DNA of 64,000 nt from NCBI GenBank assembly GCA_029569255.1, contig JAKQUO010000019.1, positions 23,175 through 87,174 on the forward strand, written 5' to 3'. This stretch comes from Acidobacteriota bacterium. Its GTDB lineage: Bacteria > Acidobacteriota > Aminicenantia > Aminicenantales > Saccharicenantaceae. The stretch's first letter is position 1, and each line of letters begins with the position of its first letter. Shown here in pieces: positions 63,518-64,000 of the stretch. A program made the translations under genes and the position numbers. The notes below the pieces were generated by a model. The model searched no databases, was not told the origin of the DNA, and was given only the letters and a program-made list of their open reading frames with translations.

Positions 63518-64000
63518 GTCGGCGAACCCCGCCACCGGCGCCGGCCGGAGGGCGTGCAGGTCGAAGACGACGATCTCGTTCGCCCCCTCCTTCAGGAACG
63601 GCGCCGGGCAGTAGAGCCGCTTCTGCGGGCCGATGTCCCAGTAGCGGCCGAGGTTGCGTCCGTTGACCCAGACGACCCCCTTCTTCCAGCCGCTCATGTC
63701 GAGGAACGTGTCGCCGGCCCCGCGGACCTCGAAGCGGCCGCGGAAGAAGTTCCCCGGCCGCTCGGCCGGACGGCGTCCGAACCTGATGCGGCCCAGGAAA
63801 TCGGCGTCCATGGGCAGCGGGTGGACGTCCCAGCCCATCAGGGTCATGTTGTCGAGCGTGACCCGGTCGGTGACGCCCTTGCGGTCGAGGAGGCGCGGCC
63901 CGTAGTTGATCCGGCCCATGGCCTCGACGAGGATGTCCAGCGTCTCGTTGGCCGGTTCGCCCCCGGGGATGTCGAGGGAGGTCTCGTTCTTCGTCCGGTC
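63509..64000 (-). CDS. Beta-galactosidase-like glycoside hydrolase, C-terminal jelly-roll domain (partial; gene continues beyond window end)
   Basis: GVVWVNGRNLGRYWDIGPQKRLYCPAPFLKEGANEIVVFDL is typical of the GH35-type C-terminal domain. The ORF is open to position 64000. Confidence 0.55.
   Translation of the reverse strand, partial: DRTKNETSLDIPGGEPANETLDILVEAMGRINYGPRLLDRKGVTDRVTLDNMTLMGWDVHPLPMDADFLGRIRFGRRPAERPGNFFRGRFEVRGAGDTFLDMSGWKKGVVWVNGRNLGRYWDIGPQKRLYCPAPFLKEGANEIVVFDLHALRPAPVAGFADLE

Overview
This 64-kb window is about 70% GC and looks like a chromosomal segment of a Gram-negative soil-type bacterium. The gene content (TonB-dependent receptors with a carboxypeptidase-regulatory-like domain, tricorn protease, DUF885) suggests Acidobacteriota, but that is an inference. 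Most coordinates not taken directly from the ORF track were hand-indexed and may be off by 1-2 nt. Many long ORFs in the track are spurious high-GC antisense frames of the real genes and were ignored.

The housekeeping backbone includes mgtC, hss, mutL, a MiaB-like radical SAM enzyme, purE, purD, a divergent SHMT, rpiB, a C-terminal processing protease, tatA-tatC, dCMP deaminase, ilvE, trmO, a Pat-like protein acetyltransferase, and tRNA-Arg(TCT) with tRNA-Pro(TGG).

The accessory and unusual content is:
1. Two direct repeats of the tRNA-Arg 3-prime end lie about 12 kb and 13 kb from the intact tRNA-Arg. They delimit a lower-GC island without an integrase. It carries secreted hydrolases (tricorn protease, an M28 peptidase with an in-frame TAA, two serine hydrolases, esterases), a decayed tandem paralog, and a 0.85-kb two-gene mini-islet.
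2. A 1.35-kb element is bounded by 27-30 bp AT-rich terminal inverted repeats (GGGGTCAAACCTTTAATTTTTTAATTT). It carries a Y1/HUH transposase fused to a DnaA C-terminal-like domain and sits exactly between two convergent stop codons. A 130-bp miniature copy of the same ends supplies a -35 box for a cobalamin riboswitch upstream of a BtuB-like receptor.
3. A tightly coupled operon (two Ddl-like ATP-grasp ligases, a GNAT and a lysine 2,3-aminomutase) has a consensus promoter and lies next to an NhaD-type antiporter. I propose it as a candidate beta-lysine-derived solute or peptide pathway.
4. The queC-queD-queE / DMT-transporter-queF cluster is bracketed by about 120-bp, roughly 97% identical palindromic inverted repeats upstream of both promoters.
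5. A 67-aa eight-Cys protein is translationally coupled to a radical SAM enzyme.
6. A 45-bp duplicate of the Pat gene 3-prime end flanks a small low-GC insert.

No CRISPR array, rRNA or integrase was found.
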